Assembly (NCBI RefSeq): GCF_009914755.1
Contig: NC_060933.1
From: the human T2T-CHM13v2.0 reference genome, Homo sapiens
Direction: 5' to 3' (one strand)
DNA: 64,000 bases
In this document: positions 45,086 to 58,355 of the stretch, one piece after another
Layout of the letters: the number at the start of each line of letters is the position of its first letter
How positions within the stretch are numbered: position 1 is the first letter of the stretch
Notes under the pieces: model-generated
Databases searched by the model: none
The model's input: the letters and a program-made list of their open reading frames with translations, nothing else
Told to the model about the DNA's origin: nothing
Position numbers and translations under genes: made by a program

Positions 45086-46073
45086 AGGGGTGGGAGGGCT
45101 GGACTGGAGGGTGTCTAACCCTACCACCCTGCTTGCCAGGCACTGCTTCTGCCCGAGCTCCCCCAGTGCCAGTTGGAGGGTGGAAGCACTAGCTGCTATT
45201 TGGTCTGGAGGTTCTCATGGGACAGTGTTGTTATGTGACTCTCATGATCCCAGCCTGTGTCTGTGTAGCCAGCCCTCTGGTCCACCTAGTGGCCAACTGT
45301 CCCTGGAGCTGCCCGTTGGCCTCACTGACCGTCCGTTCTCCAGCAGCATGGGCCCCCTGTCTGCTGGGTAGCCCTTGACCCTGCCATTGGCCGTCTGTGC
45401 CACCTGCCCACTGTGAAGGCATGTGACTTGGATCCTGGTGAAGGAGGTGGCTGTGTGGCGGGGTGGGCAGGTAAAGAAGCAGCACAGGGTCACCTCCCTG
45501 GAGGCCCCCATGACAGTGAGCTGGGTGCCTGGACTGTCGTGTGTCTGTGGGTCTGGGCGGCCACTGCACATCTCTCCCTGTCTCTGAGCAGCAGCTGGGG
45601 GCAGAACCACAGCTCTGCGGACCTGTTTATCTCAGTGCTTGACCAGATGCTCTGGGGGCAGGGCCTGTGTCCTGCACTGTGTGGCCCTAGGCAGGCAGGT
45701 CACTTCCTGTCGCAGGTGTACATCTGGATAAAGATGGTTCTGTCTTTGTGCCTGGTGGCGTTGTGTTGGGGACCATGGGACTGCGGGATAGAGGGGAGCA
45801 GCTCCAGGTGAGCTCTGGAGTCAGCTAGGGTGAGAGGTCCGTTCTAGCCTGGGGGCTGTGAGAAATGATTCCTCAGGCCAGACACAGCCCTTCTTAAAGT
45901 TAAGCCAGCAACGAGAATAACTCTCTTTGGAGGTCAGAGGGCATAGACCTGGAGGGAGCCTGTACCTGAGAGGCCCGAGTCTGTGGGACTCAGAGGATGA
46001 GCCCAGCCTTACTGAAGCTGCCCTCCCCACTCCCCTGCCATGCACTCCCTGCCCCCCAGAAAAACACTTTATG

Positions 46074-46551
<478 letters not shown>

Positions 46552-46788
46552 TCAAGGTCCAGGGATTCTGAGGCTTAGTCATGTCCTGGTATGTCTCTTT
46601 CTCTAGTTCCTTCTACAAAGCAGCTGTCCCAATAACAGTCCTGGGAAGGAACCAAGTGCTCACTGAAAGTTTGGAGCAGGAAGCTTTATAAGCAGGCAGA
46701 TTTGGGTTCAGTTTGAGGGAAACCTTTCTAATAATTGAAACTGGCCCCACAGCAGACACTGTGTAGGGAAACTGTGTGTGTGGTGGGT

Positions 46789-47000
46789 GGGATTTCTCAG
46801 CCTCTGCACGGCTGATGTCTGGGCTGGAGAATTCTTTGTGTAGGGGCTTTCTGTGCGCTGTAGATGTTGAGTCCTGGTCTCCACCCAGCAGGTGCCAGGA
46901 GCACCTTGCCGCTTGCCCCACGCCCACATTTGACAAGCCAGAGTGTCTCCAGAAATTGCCAACTGTCTCCTGGGGACACAGTTATACCCAGTTGAGGGCA
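46789..47000 (-). mobile_element. MER20
   Basis: gggatttctcagcct...ggagaattctttg...tgtctccagaaattgcc...cctgggg...cagttgag. Confidence 0.72.
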
Positions 47001-50000
47001 AGAAATGACTAACCTGTTGAATGTATTGTGTCTTTATCACTTGGAAATTAAACTCAGTGACCCACCTGTCTTTTCTTATATTTATTTATTTTGATAAGGC
47101 ATCAACTACATTTATTCATTTGAAATTGTTTGATTGAATTTATTTTGCAAACAGAACATTAGCACATGGTAAGAAAAATTTTAAAAAGAGTGAGAATTCG
47201 AAAGAAATGCAGTGGAATGCGTGCCTCTCCCCTGTCTCCCCGTTCTTCTCTCTGGAGCGGACTCCCAGCTCCAGTGATGTCTCATGTTTCCACAGCCACC
47301 CCCTTTCCCTCTCTCCACACAAACAGCAGTGCGCTGTGAATGTGATTCTGCAGTGACCCTGGGTCGTCACTCTTGACTGCTGGGGCTCCAGCAAACATGC
47401 TCCTCCTGCACTTCCTGCTTCCCCTGGTTGGCATGTAGCTCATTTCTCATCCGAGGCCACTGCGGTGTTGCTCCCTGGCTATCCTGGTCTGTATGTTTTT
47501 GTGCATGTATGCATGTATATCTGCTGGATATATTCAAATAAGTAAAGTTGCTGGGCTGAAGGATATAGCATTTCGGATTTTAAAATCGTCAGATTGGTTG
47601 TACTGATTTCTCTACACACTGGGCAACACATTTTCTGAGCCTTTGATCTTTGTCAATTCAACCAGAAAGGTGAAAAAGAATACCTCACTATGGTTTAATG
47701 TGCAGTTATCTAATTATTGAGTTCACTCACTTTTAAATCCTTTCCTCCCTAGAGTTGTAGAGTTGTGTCAGTAGCCCTGGTGCTTTCTAATGAAGACAGA
47801 AAAGCAGGTTTTCCCTGAGAAGTAGATATGAGAAGGGCGCCCCACTTTGATGGGCTGGGAACAGGCCCTTCCACTCTCTCCCACTCCTGCCCCAGAGCTG
47901 GTGGAGCCCCACAGAACTCCAGGGCAGGTGCTTCCTGGATGCTCAGTCCACAGAGGTGGAAAGCTCATCTGTTTCCTAAATACCCCTCTTTGTTTGACTC
48001 TTGTGGTGAGGCCAAGCCTCATTTGCTTTATTTTCCCCATAAACTTTTAATTTTAGAATTGTTTTAGATTTACAGAAAAGTTGTAAACATGGTACCAAGC
48101 ATCTCCACATACCCCAGCCAGTGTTCCTGAATGTGCACATCTTACATCTCCGTGGCAGGAGCCAGTGTCCATTCCCACCAAGGAGGCTGCAGGCTTGCTG
48201 GGGCCACAGTCCTCCCTGCAGCATCCTTCCCCTGAAGGGACCACCCCGGAGGCCATGGGCTGGTCCTCACGTCTCCTCAGCCCCTCTGGTTGTGGTGGTG
48301 TTTTCTGACTCCCCTTTGTCCTATGGCCCTGGCACACATGAGCAGCACTGCTGAGATTTGAATATCCCTTTATGATTTGTGTTCCTTTGAGGGGCCGCTT
48401 CTCCCCAGATGCCTTCACACACCTCTGGGTGGCTCCCCAACTTGAGTGTGGACATCCCAACAGCTCCGGGGCCATACTTGGCCTGGTTAGGTGGCAGACT
48501 GCTGTGACCCTCCGAGGGATCCAACATCACTCAGCAGACATGTGGTGGGTGAGGCCCTGTCATGGGGGCCAGCAGCCGTGCCTCCTGTGACCCATGCTCA
48601 CTCACAGTCTGCTGGGACTCAAGGTCCCAGCACCCCTCTCCCCACTGACATTTGTCTGGCCCTGACCGTGTCTGTCATAACCATTTATGGCCACAGATGC
48701 TTTTTCCTGATCATAGTTTCTTCTAGATGCCAAATGTGTATTATTTTATTAGATTTTAAACTACTCTTTGGAAAGGAAGATGTAATGAAATTAGTCTTCT
48801 GAACTCGTCTCTGTTAAAAGCCAAGTCTAGTAGAACAGTTTGGGATTGGGCTAGGCACCCATTCAGGAGCAGGCTGTACCGTGGCCTTGCTGCACGGGCA
48901 CCTGCCTCTGCATACCATGTGAGTAGGACGTGTGGACTGGGGGCGTCTCAGGGAGCAAGCCTCTTTTCACAAGCGGGAAACTGAAGCTGCACAGTGAGTT
49001 AGGGGCAGGGTGGGGACCAGAGTCCCTGCTTCCTCCCTTGACCTATTCTTTCCCTTACACTGAATTTTTTTCTCTGAATGAAATCACTGTAACAGAATTC
49101 AGCTTCGATCCTAGGAAGACTCCAGACCCTGGGCAGGGTCCATGTGGGTGGGGTGTCCTGGCCTACATGTCTGAGTGCAGGGATCCCCTCTGCCTCTGGC
49201 CTTGATGAGTGATAATCTACGTCACAGCTTCCCTAGCAAGGGAGTCAGAGGAAGAAGCCCGAGAGAGCATCTGTCAAGAGCCCAGTGCCCCACAGGGACC
49301 TCAACCCCAGATGCTTGGCCGTTGCTCGGGGACCTAGCTGTGTGGCCTGCTCCTAGTCTGGCTGCTCACCTGCAGAGGCCTTGAGGCTCTGGGCTGTGAA
49401 TACATACCTGCCCGAGGGCATTGCTGGGAGAGCCAGCTCCTTCCCCAGCTGCTCAGCGCCCACTCTGCTTCCTGCCTTCTCTGGTGTTTGTGCATTTCAC
49501 TCTTTACCCAGGGGTCATTGTAATTCTGCCTTAACCAGGGACACCTTGGTCCCCATTCTTGGAGGTCCCCAGTCCTGCCACCTTGTGATGGGTGGCAGGG
49601 CCAGGGGCTCTCAGTGTGCACCTCCCAGGAGCCCTTTTTCACTGGGGCCACACTTCTGTTCCTGGCCTGCTGGGATCTCAGGGTCTTTTTCTCAAACTCC
49701 TGGGGGATCCCTGGGAAGATAGTTGCCTCTGCAGGGGCTGCTGGTCCCCACTGTGGGAGCAGCGGGGTGATCCCAGGCAGACACAACACTCAGGGCGGGC
49801 CCATTCTTTACTCATTTGGGGAGCGCAGCATCATTGCCCCCATCACTGACCTGTTTAAAATTATCTGCATCCTTTGCCTAGTGATTTAAGCCATAGGTTC
49901 TTGGTGAAGTTCCCCTAGCAACACTTGGCAACCTGTAAGTTTTACCAATTGCTTGGTAAGAGAGTGTTTCATGGCAGTTCCTGGAATATCCCGCCTGCTG

Positions 50001-50553
50001 GGTGGAGCTTAGGGACAAGACTTAATGCTTGTGGTTGCTTGGTGAGTCTCTGTCGCTCAGTGTTCAGAGGCTCTTTCCCGAGCCAAAGCGTGCTGTTGTC
50101 CGTCCTTTCTTCTCTTGGTGCCAGTGACCTGAGGTGTAACTGGGGTATCTGAGCTGATGTCTGCCACCTGCAGTTCATCCGGTGAGCCAGGTTGTGTCCC
50201 TGTTTTATAGATGTGAACACTGATGTTCTGAGTGGCTCAGGAGCTGCAGACAGAGGGGGCCAAGCACCAGTACGTGGCCTTGCACCTTGGCTCACAGTCC
50301 ACCTGGCTGTTGTTAGAAGTATTGCTAGAGAGGCCCTAGCTGGTACCATCCCAGCCTCATAGCCCCAGACTCCCTCTCCAACTGGAGGACCACAGCTCTG
50401 TCCTAATCCAGGCCCCAGGCCCTGCAGCTGTACCCTCAAGAAGTCTAGGGCAGGGCACATCCAGAGGTCCTTGGAGGGAGGGCCTCAAGCTGCTTTTGCC
50501 CATCCAGGTTTCCACATCCTAATCTTTGCTTTTCTTGTCCTTTATGCCAAAAA

Positions 50554-50586
<33 letters not shown>

Positions 50587-52296
50587 AAAAAGGACTAAGA
50601 ACAGATGCTAAACTGTTCCAGCAGGACGGGACATGGCAGCACCCCCTTCCCTGGAGTTGTTGGGAGGGCCTCCTTTATTTCCATTTTCTATTCCAAAGCT
50701 GACCCCTGAGGGCTGCACCCCCTGGACCCAAGGCACCTGCCAGGTCATTAATTACCCTCCAGGGTATGGTGGGGGCTGAGGACAGGGCCCTCACCTCCCT
50801 TAGTCTAGAGTTCCTATTTCTGTTAATATGACCTCGGACTACATTTGCTCTCTGGTCAAATTTGTCTTGTGTCTCTGAGGCTTTTATCCAGATTGAAGGC
50901 TGTAATTCCCAGAACTTCCCAAAGGAGATATTTGCTCTACATCTGCATACAATTGGTTTCCTTAGAAACCACTGGAGTATGCTCCAAAACCTGCTTTGGA
51001 TTTTTTAAAGAGACCATGCCCTTTATCTGTAATATCTGTTAAAAATCCACCATAACAAATTTAAAAGTATATAAAGAATGAATATTTTAGATATTTATTT
51101 AATTTATCAAGAATTCTACACTGTTGAATGATGAAGTTGGGATGACTAGGCAAATGACAGTGTCCTCTTGTAAATCGGAAATTATGCAGTCATCAGCAGT
51201 GATGTTTACAGCAAGGCTTTAATGCTATGGGGATATCTTTATGATGATATTAAATGAAACACTACACACATAATGTGATGGCTGGTGTCAACCAATTAAA
51301 ATGGAAGACGGTCTAGGAGGGAATATGCCAACATGTTAAAGGTTAAGATTACGTTTTTCCTACCACTTTTGTACTTTTCTGTACATTCCAATTTGTTTTC
51401 CAAGAGCTTAATACTTTTATAATCAGATATAAAGTAAGCAAGGGAGTAAGACCATCAGGGTTTAGAGGTCATATTGCCTGGCCTCCTGTTTTACAGATTT
51501 TATGGACTGTGGGTTTTATAGACACTGGGGCTTGGGTAGCTCTCTCTGCTGCACAGCAATTGGCCCCAGGCCTCCCTGAAGGAGCTGTGGTGGGTGAGGA
51601 CACCTCACCCTTCCGGAGATATCTGCCCTTCCGGCACACCCCCTCTTCTCATGTGACCCCCCCCCTCCATTAATGCACAATGCACATTAGCTTAGTCTGC
51701 AGCCTATCTGCCTGTGTTGGCCAGAGCTACCCGAGGGCCCCTGTGGGTGGACAGGCCATTGACCATGAGCCTGCATGTAAGAGTTTTCAGTTGAAAAGGG
51801 CCCCGCCCAGTCAGCCCCTCCCCTGCTTTGGGAACATTCCAGGTCGGGGCGGCTCCTGTTCCCAGCCTCTTCAGGCTGATAGGTTCCTGACTCTTGGGTC
51901 AGGGATGGGCCTCCCATGGCACCAGGAGCAGCCACCACTTCCCAGAGCAGCAGGGCGTGTCACAGCTGTCATCGGGTGTACTTCCTCACCCCAAGGGTCT
52001 ACTGCAAGTGGGGATCCCAGCTTGTGGACACCTGCAGAGGACCCCACAGGCTGTGTGAACTGAGCTTCCTCTGGCACTGCCCTCCTGCTGATTGGCAGCT
52101 AAGCTCCCAGTCACTGCTCCCAGTGACAGCATGAGTGGGAGAGCACATTGGGACCTTGTGCCTAAAACATGTGGATTGCAAGGTACATGGGGGTTTGACA
52201 GAAGATAGGACCGCTGAGGAGAGCCCAGTGGACACCAGCCTTAGTCCACACCGGCTGAGGACACAGACCAGCCTAAGTTCCAGTCTGAAGATGTTA

Positions 52297-52367
52297 TTAG
52301 GTTGGTACAAAAGTAATTGCGGTTTTTGCTATTGGTTTTAATGGCAGTTACTTTTGCACCAGCCTAA
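52297..52367. mobile_element. MADE1 (Hsmar1-derived palindromic MITE) with a 9-bp deletion in one arm
   Basis: ta-TTAGGTTGGTACAAAAGTAATTGCGG...TTACTTTTGCACCAGCCTAA-ta. Confidence 0.93.
52309..52362 (+). ncRNA. MIR548AU: mir-548-family hairpin (recognised as hsa-mir-548au) inside MADE1
   Basis: 5p AAAAGTAATTGCGGTTTTTGC and 3p TGGCAGTTACTTTTGCACCAG match the recalled mir-548au arms. The mir-548 family derives from MADE1. Confidence 0.78.
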
Positions 52368-52429
52368 TATCATTCTGAAGGAATTATGTATCTTCATTTG
52401 AAGAATGGAGATTCTTCCTGCACAGGCTT

Positions 52430-52831
52430 TAAAGGAATACTTATAGTTACTTAGGTACTTACAGATGCCAATCACCAGCAGGTACTCAGGTACTTACAAA
52501 TACTAAAGGAATACTTACAGATACTTGGGTACTTATAGATGCTAAATAATTACTAACAGGCATTTGGGTGCTTATCTATAAAGGGGTACTTACAGATGCT
52601 AAATGATTACTTGCAGGTACCCAAATACAGATGAGAAATGATTAGTCATAACTATTCAGGTATTTATAGATACTAAATAATTACTTACACATACTTGGGT
52701 ACCTACTGATGCCAAATTATTACTAACAGATACTTGGGTAATTATAGACACTAAATGATTACTTATATGTACTTAGATACTTAGGGATGCTGTGTGATTA
52801 TCTGTGGATGCTCAGATACTTACAGATACTC
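52430..52831. repeat. Diverged AT-rich 39-bp minisatellite (~10 copies)
   Basis: Variants of atacttgggt recur at 52482, 52521, 52560 and at 52652, 52691, 52730, 52769, 52808. Confidence 0.85.
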
Positions 52832-54215
52832 TTCACCTGGAGGTAGAGAGTAGGGAAGCCTGACGCTACAATATGAGGAGCCGCTTTCAGTTGAATCTAC
52901 TTTAGGAATGACGGTAAGGAATTTATGAAAATATAATGTAAACCTGAAGAAATTTAGGATTTGGAGTCACAGAAGATATTTCCTAGTTGTCTTCATTGTG
53001 TGACCACTCATTGGCCCAAAGCTGTGTCTGGAATGCCTGCACATATGTCTGAGCGTTGTGCATGGCTCCTCTCTGCATGTGCAGACACACTTTATACACA
53101 GACCGAGATTTGCATCTTCTGTGAACAAGGATGAGTGCGGCTGTGCATGCGCCCACTGGGCATATGTGTGTATACATACCTGGTTTGCAGGTAAATATGT
53201 GCGTAACCAGAGATGCCTTCCTCTTGATGGAACTTCCCTGAGGATGCTAGACCTGGATTTCCTGAGGTGGATTTCATGAAACAAAAAGTCAACATCCTGA
53301 TGTTAATCCATTTTCTCTATAATCCCTGAGTGGGCAAATTTATAAGGGTTGTGTTAATGTTAGTTTTACTCCTGTCTCACAGGCACTGGTGATACTGTAC
53401 TCTTTCAGGTTTGATAACTAGTCTTTGAATTCTTATGTCTGTGGCCACCAGCAGGATGGGGCATTTCCCAGTTGCTGGCTTACCCACGGTCTGTCCTCAT
53501 GGGCGAACTGCCCTCCCGGCTCCACTGCTCTTGGCCTCTCTGGTTAAGCTGGCTCTTCCTCTTCTGTGTGCTGGGTCTAGTGGCATATGAGGCAGGCCGC
53601 ATGGAGTGGGGGCTGTCCTGGGAAGCTGACCTCAGTCCAGCATGATACTCTGCACAGCTGTGGGTTAGGAGGAGGTTTCCCTGTTTCTATTGGGACCCCC
53701 TGTGCCCACGAGTGGAGGGCAAGCTGCATGTCACCTGGATGGCAGCTGGAGGAGTGGAGCTGACTGAAGCTTCATTGGGGCCCCTGCATTTTTCATTTAG
53801 CCCAAATTCAGCACCAGGGATCAAGGCTCCATGGATGCTTGAAGGAATGAAGGAGTGCTTGAATGAATGAAGAAATGCGTGTGCACTGGCCAGCTGGTGT
53901 GTACTGTGATGTCTCAGCCCTAAAAACCTGCCCTTCTTGAATATGGTGTGCTTCTTGGTGGGCCAGGTTTATCCTAGTGGGAGAGCCAGCACCCAGAACC
54001 TTCAGAGGACTGGGAGTCGGGAGGGGCAGGGCTCGAGTGCTACTCCTTTTTGTAGCAGGAAGAGAGGCTGTGTGGTGCTGGAGGGCTTCATGATCACTGG
54101 CCTCCTGTGTGCCTAGGGAGCTTGCTTCCCAGGAAGGTGTTGATGCATGCAGCTGAGCATGTGTCTCTGGGCAGAGTCAGGCAAATTGCACCTTCATGCC
54201 TCAGTGTTTCTGCCG

Positions 54216-54703
<488 letters not shown>

Positions 54704-57509
54704 TAAAAAATCTTAAAAAGAGTGCCTGGCCATGGAATCTGGCTAGGCTGCAGGAGGGTCAGGCATTCAGGGTCTTTGGTCTTAGCTTCTCTTTGCTCCT
54801 GGGACTCCACACCCTTTAGCTCTGAGAAGTGGGAGGCTGAGCTGCAGAGACCATGCAGACCCTTGGGCCACTGGGCTTGGAGGGAGACTGTGCAGGTAGC
54901 CTCCCACCTGCTCTCTGTCAGGAAAGGAGAGCATGGTGGGCTGACCTGGTTGAGAGTGTAGGGCCCTGGAATCAGGCAGGCTGTGGGGCAGGAAGCGGGG
55001 TTGGGGGTGGCATTGGGGGCAGGCAGTGGGACATTGGTCCACAGCATGGCTATGGCTTGGCTGCCCGGCTTGAGTTTCAGGGTACAGGTATGGTTGAGTG
55101 TTTTACTGCCAGGGAGGAGCCTGGTGTTGTCCTGAGGTGAGGGAGGCTCATCCCCATGAGGCTGGAACCTACCCTTAGGCCTATGTGGCACTGCAGTCAC
55201 CTTGCTGCTGAGCACCTTTTCATGTGCCCGTTACATTTGTGGGTTCTTCCAGCCTCCCTTTTGAGAACAGTGTTGGGAAGTATCTTATAGCCAAGATTGG
55301 GGGATTTTTAAAGAACTCTCCCCTCTTCCTCTCAGATCTTCCTTTAATTTCCAAATCCCTCCTCCTCCCCAGGAGAGCATCTTGGCCTGACACCTCTACT
55401 CCTCTGGGCACTCTGGGGTCACTCTGATGGGCAGGGGTCCTCAGGTCAACATGGCACATTGGGGGCACCTCTGCCAGCTCAGCTGGCCATCAGTGGGCTT
55501 TATGGGCCGGCCGAGTGCATTTTGTTCTGGCTGAATGGTCCCCAGCTGGGGTGGAGGCTGGCAGGCCTGCCCCTGCAGCTCCTCAGGCCCCTTGCGGGGA
55601 GGCCTGCCATCTGCCTGGTGACACCCCAGGGATGGGGCTTGAGAAGTCCAGATGCCTCTAAGGAGAGACAGGAAAAGCCCAACTCACGCCAGGCATGCAG
55701 CACACTGTGGACGGGTTATTTTGACAAGTGAGCATCAGACTTAGCATTTAATCGCGATTCACTCCCAGCCAGTGAAGAGGGCCGTGCTGCGGGAACCCTG
55801 CCACTGCGCTTATCATCAGGACCTTGGTTCTCATCCTACCAGAGGATGGCAGTCCAGAGGGACATTGGGTGTTTGTCGGGCTGTCAGTCCATGGGGCCCC
55901 GGGGGGCTGGATGTACCACCCTTCCATAAGTGGCAGTTTTGAGAAAACAAAGCTGCCAACCCCCGTCAGAAGTGGGTTGTGTCCATGATAGTCCTGGCCT
56001 CTGAGCCACCCTTGTCCCATCACCTGCTAATAGCAGGCATGGTGCAGGCATTCTGTCAGCCCCCCACCCTCCTAAGAGGTTGTTCGTGAGTATCAGGGCG
56101 GGGGTTCACCCTGGCAGGCCCCACTGAGGAGGGGCATCCACGGGGCCTGGGGCTGGGATGAGGCTGTACTTTGACCATTTTTCCTCAGTCCCCATCCCAG
56201 GCTGCTGACAACAAGGCAGGCAGGGCAGGGCTCACATGGAGGCCCTTGTTTCTTTAAAATTTTCATTTTAATCACCTCCAGCTCATACAGGAATGCATTC
56301 CCCTAAGAAGCCCATCACCACATCCTGTAAGCCCCTCCCCGTAAGCCCCTCCCTTCCTGTTGGCCTCCACACCGTTATGGGCTTCCCACTGAGCCCCACC
56401 TTTTGACGTGGCTGGTATGTCCGTGTGCGCCCTTGGAAGCAGCATTGTTTTGTACTGTGCGTGCCTCTCAGACATGATGTCATTTATTGCACTGTTGCTC
56501 AGCAGCCTGTTTCTTGTGTCCAGCACAGGTCTCAGCGAGCTAGCCCCGTGTCCATCTCCATGGGTGTGGCTTTCATGGTATCCCAGGGACCCTCTGCCAG
56601 GGAGATGGGGAAGTACCAGGTGGCCTATTGCATGCACCTGCAGGGGCTCTCCAGGGTGGGTTCCGAAGAAGGCCTGCTGGACCTCGGGCTGCTGCTGTGT
56701 TTATTTTTACCGTCATCGTCTTCATCTTCAAGGAGCAATGATAGGCAGGGATTAGGTGGCACTGGTGTGGCTGGAGAGTGGCTGTGCCCACTGGGAGGTT
56801 GCCCTGCCACCACGTTGTGGGCTGCTCTCCCCTCTCAATTACCACAGGCCAGCTCCTGTTGCTCCAGCAAGCCCAAGAAGTGGGACCCCATTGGGATCCA
56901 GGCAGGGGGTTCCTGACAAATTCCAAATGACAGTGGCAGAGGTGGTGCGAGGAGATGGAGTGCGTGGAGGTTGGAAACAGTGATTTTAGAAAACAAGCCA
57001 AAGAGCATGCCACACTCACTGCCTGAATGCCAGTGTTTCAAAACCAGGAACAAATGCCGGTGAAGCAGCTCATGGGGGACTGGCCTCTCAGCCGAGATAT
57101 TCGGTGGTTACCTGTGAGTTTCACCTTTCCTGGACTTCACTAAACCATAACATGCCACCACGAGGGCTGATGTGGTCCAGCACCTCATTTCACATGTGAG
57201 CTGCTTGCAGCAAGGGGGATTCGGAGCACGAAAGGGATTTAGAGGCGCCGGTGGGGCCAGGTGTATACATGATGCCCAGCCACGCTCCCAGTTCCGTTGA
57301 TCTGAAACTCGTCTGACTGGGTGTCCTGTGGTTTTGTTTGCTGAGTCTGGCCACCCAGGTGGAGACCAGCCCTTTGTCTTTATCAGTGAAGACGTTGAGG
57401 CCAAGAAAGATAGGACGTCCACGGCCCTCATGCTGCCCAGGAACAGCCCCGGGGATTCCCCTGGCCCCCAGCTCCATGCAGCCTGCGTGGCCAGGTGAGA
57501 GGAAGTCCC

Positions 57510-57728
57510 TGCTGTGCTTGTGGGTGGTGTGTGGCATGTGTATGATGTTTGTGTCTGTGTGGTCTGTATGTGTGTAGTATGTGTGTGGTATGTGTGTAAT
57601 GTGTGTGAATGTGTGTGGTGTGTGCAGTTTGTGTGCTGTGTGTCTGTAGCATATGTGCATGTGTGTGTGGTATGTGGTGTGGTGGTGCATGGGGGGTGTG
57701 TGGATGTGTGTCTGTGTGTGTGTGTGTC
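57510..57728 (+). repeat. Degenerate (TG)n / GT-rich tract
   Basis: About 220 nt of tgtgtg/gtggtg repeats ending in (TG)6. Confidence 0.92.
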
Positions 57729-57984
57729 ACCCTGACAGTCTGCTGGAGGCCCTGGTCCTAAGTGTTAGGCACCTCACATTTCTTCCAAGGGGAAGAGGCA
57801 GCTCCTGGAGGGCAGGGCACTCAGTGTCCAGAGCTGCGTCTTTGTGATCTCCCAGTCCGATGCCTGTCCTTATCTGTGGGGACCCACATTACCTTAGCCA
57901 CACTGCTTTGAGGGGGAAAGGCCCAACATGGGACGGTATTGCAGTGTGGGACAGCTTTGCAAGCTCTTGTAGCTTGGGACAGCT

Positions 57985-58105
57985 TTGCAATTCAGATCTG
58001 CTCAGCCACCTCAGGTGTGACCAGAGTGAGCTCTTCACCTCTCTCAGCCTCTTCCTGCTCACCTGTAAAATGCAGATGACACAGCCATCTCGCAGGTTGT
58101 GGGAT
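57985..58105 (+). mobile_element. MIR fragment
   Basis: tgtgacc...cttcacctctctcagcctc...ctcacctgtaaaatg. Confidence 0.6.
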
Positions 58106-58258
58106 GGTGGCCCTGGCATGTGGGAGGGCTGGGTAAATGGTAACACAGGCTCCATGCTGTGGCAGGAAGCAGCTGGCACTGGGGGAGGGGAGCTCGGCCC
58201 AAGCAGTCACACCCAGACCCTGCCCTGAAGGGGACTGCTGCTCTGCTGCGCTATGGGG

Positions 58259-58355
58259 AGGCCAGCCTCTCATTCAAAGTCTAACCAGGCCTGATCCTGC
58301 TTAGCTTCCAAGACTGGACCAGATCTGGTGTGTTCAGTGTGGGGTTGCCATAGAT
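58259..58355 (-). pseudogene. 5S rRNA pseudogene, 3'-truncated (about nt 1-95)
   Basis: ctaaccaggcctgatcctgcttagcttccaaga...agatc...gttcag.gtgg...gccatagat is the reverse complement of a diverged 5S rRNA. Confidence 0.85.

Noticed and set aside
44484-45143. 219-aa and 108-aa His/Pro/Ser repeat ORFs on the minus strand
   Set aside because: Translations of the VNTR with near-cognate starts and no gene structure.
52430-52831. Possible CRISPR-like repeat-spacer array
   Set aside because: Units are contiguous diverged tandem copies without unique spacers, the context is eukaryotic, and there are no cas genes.
57190-57730. His/Thr-rich and Val/Cys-rich ORFs
   Set aside because: Translations of the TG/CA low-complexity tract.
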